Assembly: GCA_003343605.1 (NCBI GenBank)
Contig: QAKW01000071.1
Coordinates: 356-64,355 of the forward strand
Direction of reading: 5' to 3'
DNA from: Clostridiales bacterium
GTDB lineage: Bacteria > Bacillota > Clostridia > Oscillospirales > QAKW01
Length of the DNA: 64,000 nt
Shown: positions 7,776 to 16,770 of the stretch, in pieces
How the letters are laid out: each line of letters opens with the position of its first letter
Numbering within the stretch: the stretch's first letter is position 1
The notes under the pieces: model-generated
What the model was told of the DNA's origin: nothing
Seen by the model: the letters and a program-made list of their open reading frames with translations, nothing else
The model's database searches: none
Translations under genes and position numbers: made by a program

Positions 7776-9380
7776 TTGAAGAGCGGCGGTAAAAAAGCGC
7801 TGATCGCCATCCTGCAGATTTTTCTATGGATCGGCCGGTTGATCTATCGTACAGGCTGGGGCGTTGAGCGCTTCTTTGTTTTTCTTTTCAGGCATACGCT
7901 GCTGCCGGTCCTGCGGTTTTTAAGGAAATGTACGCCCCGCAATATTTATAACGCCGTCTGTGCAGTGGGCGAATGGACGATGCGGATGGCGGTTTGTATT
8001 TACCGCGGCCTGATCCGCTTCGTGGTGTGGGCCGCACACAGTGTGGTGGAAGATTTCTGCTATTGGGCGCCGGCTTTCTGTGTGATCGCGGTTGCCTGCC
8101 TGCTGGTATTTTTCCGGCATTATACGATTGCGCTGGAGGTTTCGGTAGACGGCAAGATCGTATCCTATGTAAATAATGAACGGGAATTCACGTCAACGGT
8201 TTCGGCGGTGGAGAAAAAGCTGGCGGATACGCTGGGTGAAAATTACTGCATGTATACGGCGCCGGAATATGAGTTTGTTTTTATCAAAAAAAATAAAATG
8301 GCCGATGATGAAAATCTCTATGCGCAGGTTTACCGCGCGGTAACAGAGGAAATCGGCAATCATTACGGGCTTTATGTCGACGGCAATCTGGTTGCGGCCG
8401 CGGAGCAGAAGGAAACGATTGAAACAGTGCTGGCACAGCTAAAGGCGCCTTACGAAACCGGCGCGGAAAACGAGCGGGTGGAGTTTGTGAGCAATGTGGA
8501 AATTCGGACAGGCCTTTACGGCCCTTCCGCCATGAAAACAGAAGCGGAGCTCCGAGCTTTGTTTGAAGGCTCAACGGATCCCCAGTATTATAAAATTCAG
8601 GAAGGCGATTATCTGAGCGATATTGTGGAAAAAACAGGTGTTTCCCGCAAGATGCTTTATTATTTGAATCCTGAACTGGATGATACGCGCCTGATTCCCG
8701 GCAAAAAGCTTGTGATCTCCGAGCCGGACGTGTATCTTGGCGTGAAGGTGGTGCGCACCATCTCCTATGAGGAGAGTATCGCTTATCCAACAACGCGGAT
8801 CGCAGACGATAGCTTATACGTGAACCAGACCAAGGTGAAAACAGCCGGTCAGAAGGGCAGCAAAACCGTAACGGCCGAGGTCACCTATGTGGACGGCACC
8901 AAAACGGATACAAAAATTTTATCCTCCGTGGTCACCGTTGAGCCGGTTACGCGGGAAATCTATGTGGGCACCAAGGCATACCCTTCTTCGTATTCCAAGC
9001 TGGCCGGCACCGGGGCTTTTATCCGGCCGATCAACGGCGGGTATACGTCCTGCGTATTCGGCGGCTACAAAGGCCATACCGGCGTGGATCTTACGATGAG
9101 CGGAGCTTATGGCAAGCCGGTTTACGCCTCTGCGGGCGGCACGGTGATTGCGGCTTCCCGTTCCGGCAGCTATGGGAAGCTGATCAAAATCCAGCACAGC
9201 AACGGGTATGTCACCTATTATGCGCATCTGAGCTCTATCGGCGTAAAAGTCGGCCAAACGGTAACGCAGGGGCAGCAGATCGGAAAAATCGGCTCCACCG
9301 GAAACAGCTCCGGGCCGCATCTGCATTTTGAGCTGCGGATCAACGGGACGGCGGTAAACCCAATGAAATATATCGGCTAA
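7776..9380 (+). CDS. membrane-anchored LysM-G5-M23 family peptidoglycan endopeptidase (paralog 1)
   Basis: N-terminal TM segments; LysM (YYKIQEGDYLSDIVEKTGVSRKMLYYLNPEL); G5 (VKTAGQKGSKTVTAEVTYVDG); M23 motifs HTGVDL and HLHFE. TTG start follows RBS AAAGGGGG. Confidence 0.85.
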   Translation: MKSGGKKALIAILQIFLWIGRLIYRTGWGVERFFVFLFRHTLLPVLRFLRKCTPRNIYNAVCAVGEWTMRMAVCIYRGLIRFVVWAAHSVVEDFCYWAPAFCVIAVACLLVFFRHYTIALEVSVDGKIVSYVNNEREFTSTVSAVEKKLADTLGENYCMYTAPEYEFVFIKKNKMADDENLYAQVYRAVTEEIGNHYGLYVDGNLVAAAEQKETIETVLAQLKAPYETGAENERVEFVSNVEIRTGLYGPSAMKTEAELRALFEGSTDPQYYKIQEGDYLSDIVEKTGVSRKMLYYLNPELDDTRLIPGKKLVISEPDVYLGVKVVRTISYEESIAYPTTRIADDSLYVNQTKVKTAGQKGSKTVTAEVTYVDGTKTDTKILSSVVTVEPVTREIYVGTKAYPSSYSKLAGTGAFIRPINGGYTSCVFGGYKGHTGVDLTMSGAYGKPVYASAGGTVIAASRSGSYGKLIKIQHSNGYVTYYAHLSSIGVKVGQTVTQGQQIGKIGSTGNSSGPHLHFELRINGTAVNPMKYIG

Positions 9381-9432
9381 AGAAGTATCCTGTTCTTTTT
9401 TGCAGAGGAATGGGATACTTCTTCCTTTTTTG
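9380..9432 (+). terminator. probable terminator after M23 peptidase 1
   Basis: AAGAAGTATCC...GGGATACTTCTT stem with a long loop, followed by CCTTTTTT. Confidence 0.4.
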
Positions 9433-9457
9433 GGAAAAATGTTTACAAATTAGGGTC

Positions 9458-9486
9458 TTGATTTTTGCGATTGTATCCGTTATAAT
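9458..9486 (+). promoter_or_regulatory. sigma-A type promoter of M23 peptidase 2 (TTGATT-17-TATAAT)
   Basis: Same architecture as the promoter at 7697-7725. Confidence 0.6.
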
Positions 9487-9492
9487 AACAAC

Positions 9493-9509
9493 TGTAACTA
9501 ATTTGTAAC
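9493..9509 (+). promoter_or_regulatory. WalR-consensus direct repeat TGTAAC-N5-TGTAAC
   Basis: TGTAACtaattTGTAAC starts 7 nt after the -10 element. As at the paralogous site it is followed by CATTT. Confidence 0.55.
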
Positions 9510-9549
9510 CATTTGAAATTATTTTTCAAATAAGGACGAGGAAAAAATC

Positions 9550-11199
9550 ATGGCAATTATGAGAGTTCCGGTCATCGGGCTGCTGTTAAAATTTATATAT
9601 AAAACCGGCGAAGGGGTCGAGGGCTTTTTCATCATGCTGATGACCGCCCTTGCCGGCTGCGCTACAATCGGATGGCATCTGCTCAGAAAAGCCGCGGCAT
9701 TTTTTTATCCGCCGCGTCTGGTGGAGCGCATCTGTTTGCTGGGAGAGCATCTTGAGCAGGCCGGGCTCCGGGCCGGGCGGGCGGTCGCCAGAGCCGCGGT
9801 GGTGCTGGCCAGAAGCATTACCAGAGATTTTTCCTATTGGGCGGCAGGCCTGGCAGTTGCCGGGCTGGCATGCTTTATTGTGCTTGCGCAGTATTATACG
9901 GTTGCCCTGAAGATGACGGTCAACGGTGAAACCGTCGGCATCGTTTCCAAAGAGTCTGCGTTTACCAACACGGTCGATTCGGTTGAGCGGGGCCTTACGG
10001 ATACCCTGGGTGAAAATTATGCGATGGCCTCTATGTTCAGCAGCCGGTTTTGCCTGGTCCGGCGCGACGCGCTGACCAGCGGAGAAGATCTTTATAATAA
10101 TGTCTATGGGATCATCGCCGCTGAGATCGGCGATCATTACGGCGTTTATGTAGATGGCCAGCTGATCGGCGCCGCGGAGCAGGAAGAAACCATTCTGGAA
10201 ATTCTTGAAGCGGTAAAAGCGCCCTATGTGACCGGCGCGGAAGGCGAGACGGTGGAATTTGTAAAGGATGTGGAGATTCGCTGCGGGCTTTATCCGGCCT
10301 CCCAGATCATGACCGGAGAGGAGATGGCTGCGCTGTTTTCCACTTCGGCGAATCCCATGTATTATACCATTGAAGAAGACGATTATCTGAGCGATATTGT
10401 GAAAAAGACCGGCGTTTCGCGCGCGACGCTTTATTCGCTGAATCCGGAGCTGGATGAAACCCGGCTGATCCCGGGCCGCAAACTGCTGATTTCCCAGCCG
10501 GATGTTTATCTGGGCGTTAAGGTCACCCGCGAGATCACCTATACGGAAAGCATTGCATACACAACCAACCGGATTAAAGACGATTCATTATACACCAACC
10601 AGACCAAAGTGAAAACCGAAGGGCAAAACGGAGAAAAAACCATCACCGCAAAGGTGGTTTATGTGGATGGGATTAAGGAATCTTCTGATATTACCTCAAC
10701 AAAGATTACCAAAGAGCCTGTTGCCAAGGAAGTTTATGTTGGAACGAAAAAGCAGGTTTCCAGCTCCTCTTCCTCGGGATACCGGTTTGTTTCTTCCAAC
10801 GCAACAAGCGTGAGCGCGGGGAGCGCCAATTTTATTCGCCCGATTGACGGCGGCTATGTTTCCTGCGGCTTCGGCGGCTATGCCGGCCATACCGGAACGG
10901 ATCTCACCTACCGGAGCGGCGCGTATGGCAAGGCGGTTTACGCCTCTGCCGGCGGAACCGTGATTTACGCGCAGAACAGCGGCGGCGGTTACGGAAATCT
11001 GATCAAAATCCAGCACAGCAATGGATTTGTAACCTATTACGCGCATCTGAGCTCCATTGGCGTAAAAGTGGGACAAACCGTTTCCCAGGGCGCGTACATC
11101 GGTGCGATCGGCGCAACCGGGCGGGCTTACGGCGCGCACCTTCATTTTGAAATCCGCATCAATGGCACTGCGGTAAACGCGATGAAATATATCTCCTAG
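9550..11199 (+). CDS. membrane-anchored LysM-G5-M23 family peptidoglycan endopeptidase (paralog 2)
   Basis: Collinear with 7776-9380: LysM, G5, HTGTDL and HLHFE. It has an extra Ser-rich linker (QVSSSSSSG). Confidence 0.85.
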   Translation: MAIMRVPVIGLLLKFIYKTGEGVEGFFIMLMTALAGCATIGWHLLRKAAAFFYPPRLVERICLLGEHLEQAGLRAGRAVARAAVVLARSITRDFSYWAAGLAVAGLACFIVLAQYYTVALKMTVNGETVGIVSKESAFTNTVDSVERGLTDTLGENYAMASMFSSRFCLVRRDALTSGEDLYNNVYGIIAAEIGDHYGVYVDGQLIGAAEQEETILEILEAVKAPYVTGAEGETVEFVKDVEIRCGLYPASQIMTGEEMAALFSTSANPMYYTIEEDDYLSDIVKKTGVSRATLYSLNPELDETRLIPGRKLLISQPDVYLGVKVTREITYTESIAYTTNRIKDDSLYTNQTKVKTEGQNGEKTITAKVVYVDGIKESSDITSTKITKEPVAKEVYVGTKKQVSSSSSSGYRFVSSNATSVSAGSANFIRPIDGGYVSCGFGGYAGHTGTDLTYRSGAYGKAVYASAGGTVIYAQNSGGGYGNLIKIQHSNGFVTYYAHLSSIGVKVGQTVSQGAYIGAIGATGRAYGAHLHFEIRINGTAVNAMKYIS

Positions 11200-11219
11200 T
11201 ATCGCTTCTTTAAAATCAG

Positions 11220-11265
11220 AGCACTTTTACCGAAACAAGGTACGTTCGGTAAAAGTGCTTTTTTA
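11220..11265 (+). terminator. intrinsic terminator after M23 peptidase 2
   Basis: AGCACTTTTACCGAA...TTCGGTAAAAGTGCT followed by TTTTTT. Confidence 0.75.
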
Positions 11266-11294
11266 TTGAATCCCGCCGCCAGGTATGCTATAAT
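11266..11294 (+). promoter_or_regulatory. promoter TTGAAT-17-TATAAT with extended -10 (TGcTATAAT)
   Basis: Lies immediately after the terminator. It leaves a leader of roughly 130 nt before the ligase-like gene. Confidence 0.5.
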
Positions 11295-11428
11295 AGCCAT
11301 AAAATGGCTGATGAGCGCTAAAGCGCCGATACAGCTATAATATTTATTCATCTTTATGGTATCATTACATTAGAGCCTGCTTGCAGGCTATATGTATGGC
11401 CGGAGGAACCGGAAAGGAGGCGGGGCGT

Positions 11429-13201
11429 TTGATCCATTTTTTAGATGGCAGCATGATTGTGCGGGGATGCCGCCGCATCGGAAAAAAGGTTGGCGCGGTG
11501 GCGCGGGGCAGTGTGCTCTGCGGGCCAAAGTGGGAACAGGATGTTTTTTTGGATTCCCGGATCGTGGAAGGGCTTGGGCGCGTTCACCCGGCCGAGGCGG
11601 TTTGCCGGGCGGTTGGCAAAAGCCGGATCCTGGGCTGGCTGTATGCTTATGGGGAAAATGTATGTGCGGGCAGGCTTTATGGCGTTCAGGCCCTGATCGG
11701 CCTTTTTTGCGGGCTGATGGCCATCCGGATGGGGCTGGCCGGCCGCTATGCGCTGATGGGCCTGCTGATGGTAGGAATCGGCATCAGCCTGCTGTTGCCC
11801 AGCGGCGGAACGCTTGGGGGCTGGATAGAAGGCTCTTTTTTAGGCCGGATTCCCGGCTGCGGGAATTTATCATCGCGCGGAACGCCGCGCCTTTCTGTAA
11901 CGCTCTATCTGGCATTTTGCGGCCTGGCGGGCGGTATTGCCGGCTGGCTGGCCGGCATGAAAGTGGGCCTTGCAGCCGCCGCTGCCCTGGCGGCGTTTCC
12001 GATTGTTTTTTCCATCCCGCCTGTTGGAATGGCCGGGCTGCTTTGTTTTCTGCTGCCGCTGTGTAATACCACCGTCTGCTGGATCATGAGCGTTCTGACC
12101 GGTATTTCTTATTTATTTTCACGGGCGTTCGGCGGCCTCAGGGGGCAGGCGCCGGATTATCTGGACGTCCTGCTGATGATGTTTCCCTTTTTCTGCCTGG
12201 TTTCTACCCTTTTTTCGTCTGACCGGGCGGATTCCCTGCGCGTTTCCTTTATGTGGCTGGGGCTGTTTTTCTGCGTTTTCTTCATCAAACGCGCGGTCCG
12301 CACACGCCGGCAGCTCTTGGCGGTGCTTGGGGCGCTTACCGCCGGTGCGGCGATTACGGGGCTGTATGGCGTTGCCCAGTATTTTTCCGGGATGGTCAAT
12401 ACAACCTGGACCGATACGGCCCTTTTTGAAGGGATCGAGCTAAGGGTATACAGCACCTTTGCAAATCCGAACGTATACGGGGAATATCTGCTGCTGCTGA
12501 TTCCGCTTGTAACGGCGCTGGTCTTTTATGCGCGGAAAATCTGGCAGCGGACGCTGCTGGTTGCAATCGACCTGCTGCTTCTTGCGAATATGCTGCTGAC
12601 CTATTCCAGAGGATGCTATGTGGGTATTGTGCTTTGCGCGCTGGTGTTTCTTTGGAACTACAGTAAAAAATGGCTGGGCGCTGCGGTTGTAATCGGGGTG
12701 CCGCTTACGGTGCTGCTGATTCCGGAGAGTGTGGCCGCCAGGATTCTGAGCATCGGCAACATGAGCGACAGCTCCACCTCTTACCGGATGATGATCTATA
12801 TCGGCACATTGCTGATGCTGGCGGATTACTGGCTGAGCGGTGTTGGGATCGGGGAGCTGGCGTTTAATCAGGTTTATCCGCTGTATGCCCTTTCGGCAAT
12901 TATAGCGCCCCATTCTCACAGCCTGTTTTTTCAGTCGCTGGTTTCCTTCGGGCTGGCGGGCTTTCTGTACCTGCTGCTGATGCTGGCCGTTTATCAGCGC
13001 AATGTGAAAAAAGAGCAGCGCGGCATGCCCCGGGAAAACCGGCTGCTGATGCTGGGCTTCAATGCGCTGATGTGGGGATTTGCGCTGCAGAGTATTTTTG
13101 ATTATACCTGGTATAATTACCGGGTCTTCCAGCTTTTCTGGATCATACTGGTGCTGGGTCTTACTGCGGCGAAGGTATTAAGGGAGAAAGCCGATGATTA
13201 G
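11429..13201 (+). CDS. O-antigen ligase (Wzy_C) family polytopic membrane protein; start uncertain (track ORF begins 11381)
   Basis: Multiple TM helices and an LTYSRGCYVG motif typical of the Wzy_C/O-antigen ligase domain. RBS GGAAAGGAGG lies 7 nt before TTG 11429. Confidence 0.7.
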   Translation: MIHFLDGSMIVRGCRRIGKKVGAVARGSVLCGPKWEQDVFLDSRIVEGLGRVHPAEAVCRAVGKSRILGWLYAYGENVCAGRLYGVQALIGLFCGLMAIRMGLAGRYALMGLLMVGIGISLLLPSGGTLGGWIEGSFLGRIPGCGNLSSRGTPRLSVTLYLAFCGLAGGIAGWLAGMKVGLAAAAALAAFPIVFSIPPVGMAGLLCFLLPLCNTTVCWIMSVLTGISYLFSRAFGGLRGQAPDYLDVLLMMFPFFCLVSTLFSSDRADSLRVSFMWLGLFFCVFFIKRAVRTRRQLLAVLGALTAGAAITGLYGVAQYFSGMVNTTWTDTALFEGIELRVYSTFANPNVYGEYLLLLIPLVTALVFYARKIWQRTLLVAIDLLLLANMLLTYSRGCYVGIVLCALVFLWNYSKKWLGAAVVIGVPLTVLLIPESVAARILSIGNMSDSSTSYRMMIYIGTLLMLADYWLSGVGIGELAFNQVYPLYALSAIIAPHSHSLFFQSLVSFGLAGFLYLLLMLAVYQRNVKKEQRGMPRENRLLMLGFNALMWGFALQSIFDYTWYNYRVFQLFWIILVLGLTAAKVLREKADD

Positions 13202-14291
13202 CGTCTGCCATGTCATAACCGATACCAATTTCGGCGGTGCGGGCCGGGTGCTGCTCAATTATTGCAAAACGTATAATCGGGCGGATTTTCGCCTTTCTGT
13301 TGTACTCCCCCGCGGCTCTGAGCTGCTGGAACCGCTGCGGCAGACAGATGTAGAGCTGATCGAGGCGGACGGGCTATATGACCGGTCTTACAGCAGAGAA
13401 GACGTAAGAAATCTGGCGGTGATCTTCCGGCAGCACGTCTTTCAGCTGATTCATGCACACGGCGCGTTATCGGCGCGGCTCGCGGCCCGAAAATGCGGAA
13501 TTCCAGTAATTTATACCCGCCATAGCGTATTTGATCCGCCGCGGCGGGCAACACGGTTCCCAATCCGGCAGATTCAGGGCTTTTTCAACAACCGGTATGC
13601 GGATGGGATCATCGCCGTTTCACCGGCGGCCAAAGAAATCCTGGCGGCGACCGGAAGCGATCCGCGGAAAATCCGGGTAATCTACAATGGCGTACCGCCT
13701 TTGGAGCCCGGCCCGGGCGTATACCGCGCCCGCTTCAGCTGGGGGCCGAAAGACCTGGTGCTGGGCATTGTGGCCCGCCTGGAGGAAGTGAAGGGGCATC
13801 ACGATCTGCTGAATGCGCTGGCGCTGCTGCCGGAACCCATCAAGCTGCTGATTGCCGGAACCGGCGCGCAGGAGGCGGCCCTGAAGGCACAGTGCAGGGC
13901 GCTGCAGCTGGAAAAGCGGGTGGTGTTCTGTGGCTTTGTGCAGGACGTCGCGGGGCTGATGAACAGTCTGGATGTGCAGATCAATGCCTCCTACGGCACG
14001 GAAGCGACCTCCATGGCGCTGCTGGAGGGCTTTTCGCTGGGCATTCCGGCGGTTGTAACGGATTTTGGCGGCAACCCCTATGTGGTGGAAAGCGGCGTAA
14101 ACGGCCTGGTGGTGCCAAAACGGGATCCGCACGCGATGGCGCGTGCAATTGAGAGGCTGTGGGAGGAGCCCGGGCTCAGAAAACAGCTTGGCGCAGGCGC
14201 CCGCGCGGCCTATGCGCAGCGGTTCCGTGCCGAAATGATGACGCGGCAGACGGAAGAATATTATCGGGAGGTATTGAAACAATATGGCTAA
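13194..14291 (+). CDS. glycosyltransferase family 4
   Basis: GT-B fold signature: N-terminal FGGAGRV and C-terminal E(x7)E region (EATSMALLEGFSLGIPAVVTDFGGNPYVVE). The start overlaps the upstream gene by 8 nt. Confidence 0.85.
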   Translation: MISVCHVITDTNFGGAGRVLLNYCKTYNRADFRLSVVLPRGSELLEPLRQTDVELIEADGLYDRSYSREDVRNLAVIFRQHVFQLIHAHGALSARLAARKCGIPVIYTRHSVFDPPRRATRFPIRQIQGFFNNRYADGIIAVSPAAKEILAATGSDPRKIRVIYNGVPPLEPGPGVYRARFSWGPKDLVLGIVARLEEVKGHHDLLNALALLPEPIKLLIAGTGAQEAALKAQCRALQLEKRVVFCGFVQDVAGLMNSLDVQINASYGTEATSMALLEGFSLGIPAVVTDFGGNPYVVESGVNGLVVPKRDPHAMARAIERLWEEPGLRKQLGAGARAAYAQRFRAEMMTRQTEEYYREVLKQYG

Positions 14292-14754
14292 GAAGCGGTT
14301 TACCTGGCTGGATGGATTGTGTATTGTTTTGATTGCGGCCGTTGTGATCGGCGCAATCTGGTATTTTACCCGGGGGGATAAGCCCTCCGGCACGGAAAAA
14401 GAGTATGAAATCACCATGCGTTTCACGCAGGCAACGAATGATCCCTATGATTTTTATCAGGTGGGCGACACGATGTATCTGTATACCCGGAGCGGTGTGC
14501 TGGGTACCATCACCTCTTTAACCTCCATGGACCGCATCATCGAAGATTACGACCGGGAAACCGGCCGCTACATCACGTATACCGATCAGCGCTGGAAAAC
14601 GATCGAGATGAAGGTGCTGGCCAGGGGAACGCTGAGCGGCGGAACCTTTCAGGTTGCCGATGAAGAGCTTTCGATCGGCAAGACCTTTTATCCCCAGTCG
14701 GATACAACGCGGTCGATTATGGTGATCTGGGATATTGAGGAGGTGGGCGAATGA
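14284..14754 (+). CDS. DUF4330 family protein (single N-terminal TM)
   Basis: N-terminal anchor WLDGLCIVLIAAVVIGAIWYF. It is paralogous to the next gene and the two overlap. Confidence 0.6.
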   Translation: MAKKRFTWLDGLCIVLIAAVVIGAIWYFTRGDKPSGTEKEYEITMRFTQATNDPYDFYQVGDTMYLYTRSGVLGTITSLTSMDRIIEDYDRETGRYITYTDQRWKTIEMKVLARGTLSGGTFQVADEELSIGKTFYPQSDTTRSIMVIWDIEEVGE

Positions 14755-15239
14755 GGCTGATGGATGAAAAAGGGCGCTTGTTCGGCAAGCTGAATATATT
14801 CGACCTTCTGGTGATTCTTTTGCTGCTGGCCGGCCTGATTGGAATGGCAACCCGCCTGATCAATCCCGGCGCGGACGATGGCATAAAGCGAAACGCGACC
14901 TATCAGCTGGAGATCAGCGGTGTGCAGCAGTATGCGGTTGACGCCTACCAGGTGGGCGATGCATTATATGAGAAAGACGTGCTGCTCGGGCATGTAACGG
15001 CGGTTGAAGTCTCCCCGTATCAGACCACCAACCAGCAGCCCGATGGCTCCTATCAGCTGGTGGATCATCTTTTGTATTATACGATCCGATTAACGGTTGC
15101 GACCGATCAGCTAAGCGATAAGGCCGGCTACCATATCGGCAAACAGGAGCTGCTGAACGGAACCACCCATCAGGTCAGCAACCGGTTTATTTCCTGTGAG
15201 GCAACGGTTCGGGAGCTGATTGTTGAAGCCCAGTCTTAA
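14751..15239 (+). CDS. DUF4330 family protein
   Basis: MDEKGRLFGKLNIFDLLVILLLLAGL is the typical DUF4330 N-terminus. Confidence 0.65.
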   Translation: MRLMDEKGRLFGKLNIFDLLVILLLLAGLIGMATRLINPGADDGIKRNATYQLEISGVQQYAVDAYQVGDALYEKDVLLGHVTAVEVSPYQTTNQQPDGSYQLVDHLLYYTIRLTVATDQLSDKAGYHIGKQELLNGTTHQVSNRFISCEATVRELIVEAQS

Positions 15240-15243
15240 AAAT

Positions 15244-15289
15244 AATAAAAAGGGTGCAGCCCCGAGAATCGGGCGTGCACCCTTTTTTG
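15244..15289. terminator. bidirectional intrinsic terminator between convergent genes
   Basis: AAGGGTGCAGCCCCGA-gaa-TCGGGCGTGCACCCTT is flanked by an A-run on one side and a T-run on the other. Confidence 0.75.
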
Positions 15290-15297
15290 AGCAGCGC

Positions 15298-15837
15298 TCA
15301 GCCTTCCATCTGTTTTCCGAGAAATAACGCCCCGGTATTCAGCAGCTTTTCTTCCGCTGCGGTCACCCGCTTGCCCGCGGTTTCCAGCAAACCGATCATC
15401 CCCACAATATCCCCGCCTGCAAGAATCGGATAAGAGGCGGCGACCTTCATCTGATCGTTATCCCTGAGCAGGCAATAGGGCTGCTCATCCCCTTCTGCCG
15501 AAAACGGCCTGCGGGAGCCTGTGATCTCTTCGCAGCGGGGGCTCAGAGGCTTATCCAGCGCGTCTCTCTTTCCGGTACCGGCAAAGGCGATCACATTGTC
15601 GCGGTCTGTTATGGCGCAGGGAAAGCCGGTAACGGTATGAATGGCCGAGGCGTATTCTCCGGCAAAAGCCGAGAGCTCGCTGATCGGGGAATATTTTTTA
15701 AAAATAACCTCGCCGTCTTTGCTTGTGAAAATTTCCAGCGGATCCCCTTCCCGGATGCGTAAGGTACGGCGTATTTCTTTTGGAATAACGACGCGGCCAA
15801 GGTCGTCGATTCTGCGAACAATTCCTGTAGCTTTCAT
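15298..15837 (-). CDS. spoVT: stage V sporulation protein T (AbrB-family forespore regulator)
   Basis: MKATGIVRRIDDLGRVVIPKEIRRTLRIREGDPLEIF is an AbrB/SpoVT swapped-hairpin domain, followed by a GAF-like C-terminus. RBS GGAG precedes ATG 15837. The track N-terminal extension was rejected. Confidence 0.9.
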   Translation of the reverse strand: MKATGIVRRIDDLGRVVIPKEIRRTLRIREGDPLEIFTSKDGEVIFKKYSPISELSAFAGEYASAIHTVTGFPCAITDRDNVIAFAGTGKRDALDKPLSPRCEEITGSRRPFSAEGDEQPYCLLRDNDQMKVAASYPILAGGDIVGMIGLLETAGKRVTAAEEKLLNTGALFLGKQMEG

Positions 15838-16035
15838 TGTTAATTTCTCCTGTAATTTCTTTGTTTTCCATAATATTGTTTGCATTGAAAATGGAATTAT
15901 GCAAAGCGTTGGGGAATCAAAAAATAAAATGAAAGGAGCCTTGAAAGAAGGGGTGAAATGTGGTAAAATTTTCAAAAATGCAGCAGCTTGATAGGATCAT
16001 CTCAATAATTTTTCTGTAAAAATAAGGAGGCAGCC

Positions 16036-16683
16036 ATGATTTTTCAGGATCAGGATAGAATTGTATTCGCCGGGGATTCGGTAACCGATATGGGCAGTAA
16101 AAACCCTGTTGGGGAAGGACTTTCGGATAATGTAGGCCGCGGATATGTGCGTGTTTTGGAAAGCCTGCTTGCAGCAAGCTACCCGGAGCGAACACTTCGT
16201 ATCACCAATTCCGGCATCAGCGGCAACACCAGCAGGGATTTACTGGAGCGCTGGGAGCGTGATGTTCTGGCGCTGAATCCGCAGTGGGTAAGCATCTGCA
16301 TTGGAATCAACGATGTTTGGCGGCAGTTTGATACGCCGGCCATCCGGGAGCGGCAGGTGTTTCCGCCGGAATATGAAGAAAACCTGCGGAAAATGCTTGC
16401 CTCAATTGCAGGCAGCGTGAAGGGCGTTTTTGTTTTAACACCTTATTATATGGAGCCCAATCCGGAAGATCAGATGCGTGCCCGAATGGATGAATATGGC
16501 GCGATCTGCAAAATACTGGCGGCAGAATATGGCGCGAAGCTGATTGATTTGCAGGAAGTTTTCAGCGCGTACTGCCGTATCCATCACTCCTCCTATCTGG
16601 CCTGGGACCGCGTGCACCCCAATCAGATCGGTGCCACGCTGATCGCCCGTGCATTTTTGCAGCAGTGTGAGTTCGTATTTTAA
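16036..16683 (+). CDS. SGNH/GDSL family hydrolase
   Basis: FAGDSVTD (block I Ser), NSGISGN (block II), and DRVHP (block V Asp/His). Confidence 0.8.
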   Translation: MIFQDQDRIVFAGDSVTDMGSKNPVGEGLSDNVGRGYVRVLESLLAASYPERTLRITNSGISGNTSRDLLERWERDVLALNPQWVSICIGINDVWRQFDTPAIRERQVFPPEYEENLRKMLASIAGSVKGVFVLTPYYMEPNPEDQMRARMDEYGAICKILAAEYGAKLIDLQEVFSAYCRIHHSSYLAWDRVHPNQIGATLIARAFLQQCEFVF

Positions 16684-16770
16684 AAACAGCCGTTTATCTG
16701 CGGGAATATCGAAAAGAGGATCGACGTATACTATTCCCAGAAAAAACAAGTGATAAACAGGGGTTCAAAA

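Noticed and set aside
15838-15975. N-terminal extension of the spoVT ORF (MKILPHFTPSF...)
   Set aside because: SpoVT proteins begin MKATGIVRR, and a GGAG RBS precedes ATG 15837. The extension covers promoter DNA. A GCATA...CAAACAATA element there weakly resembles a forespore sigma-F/G promoter but is too degenerate to call.
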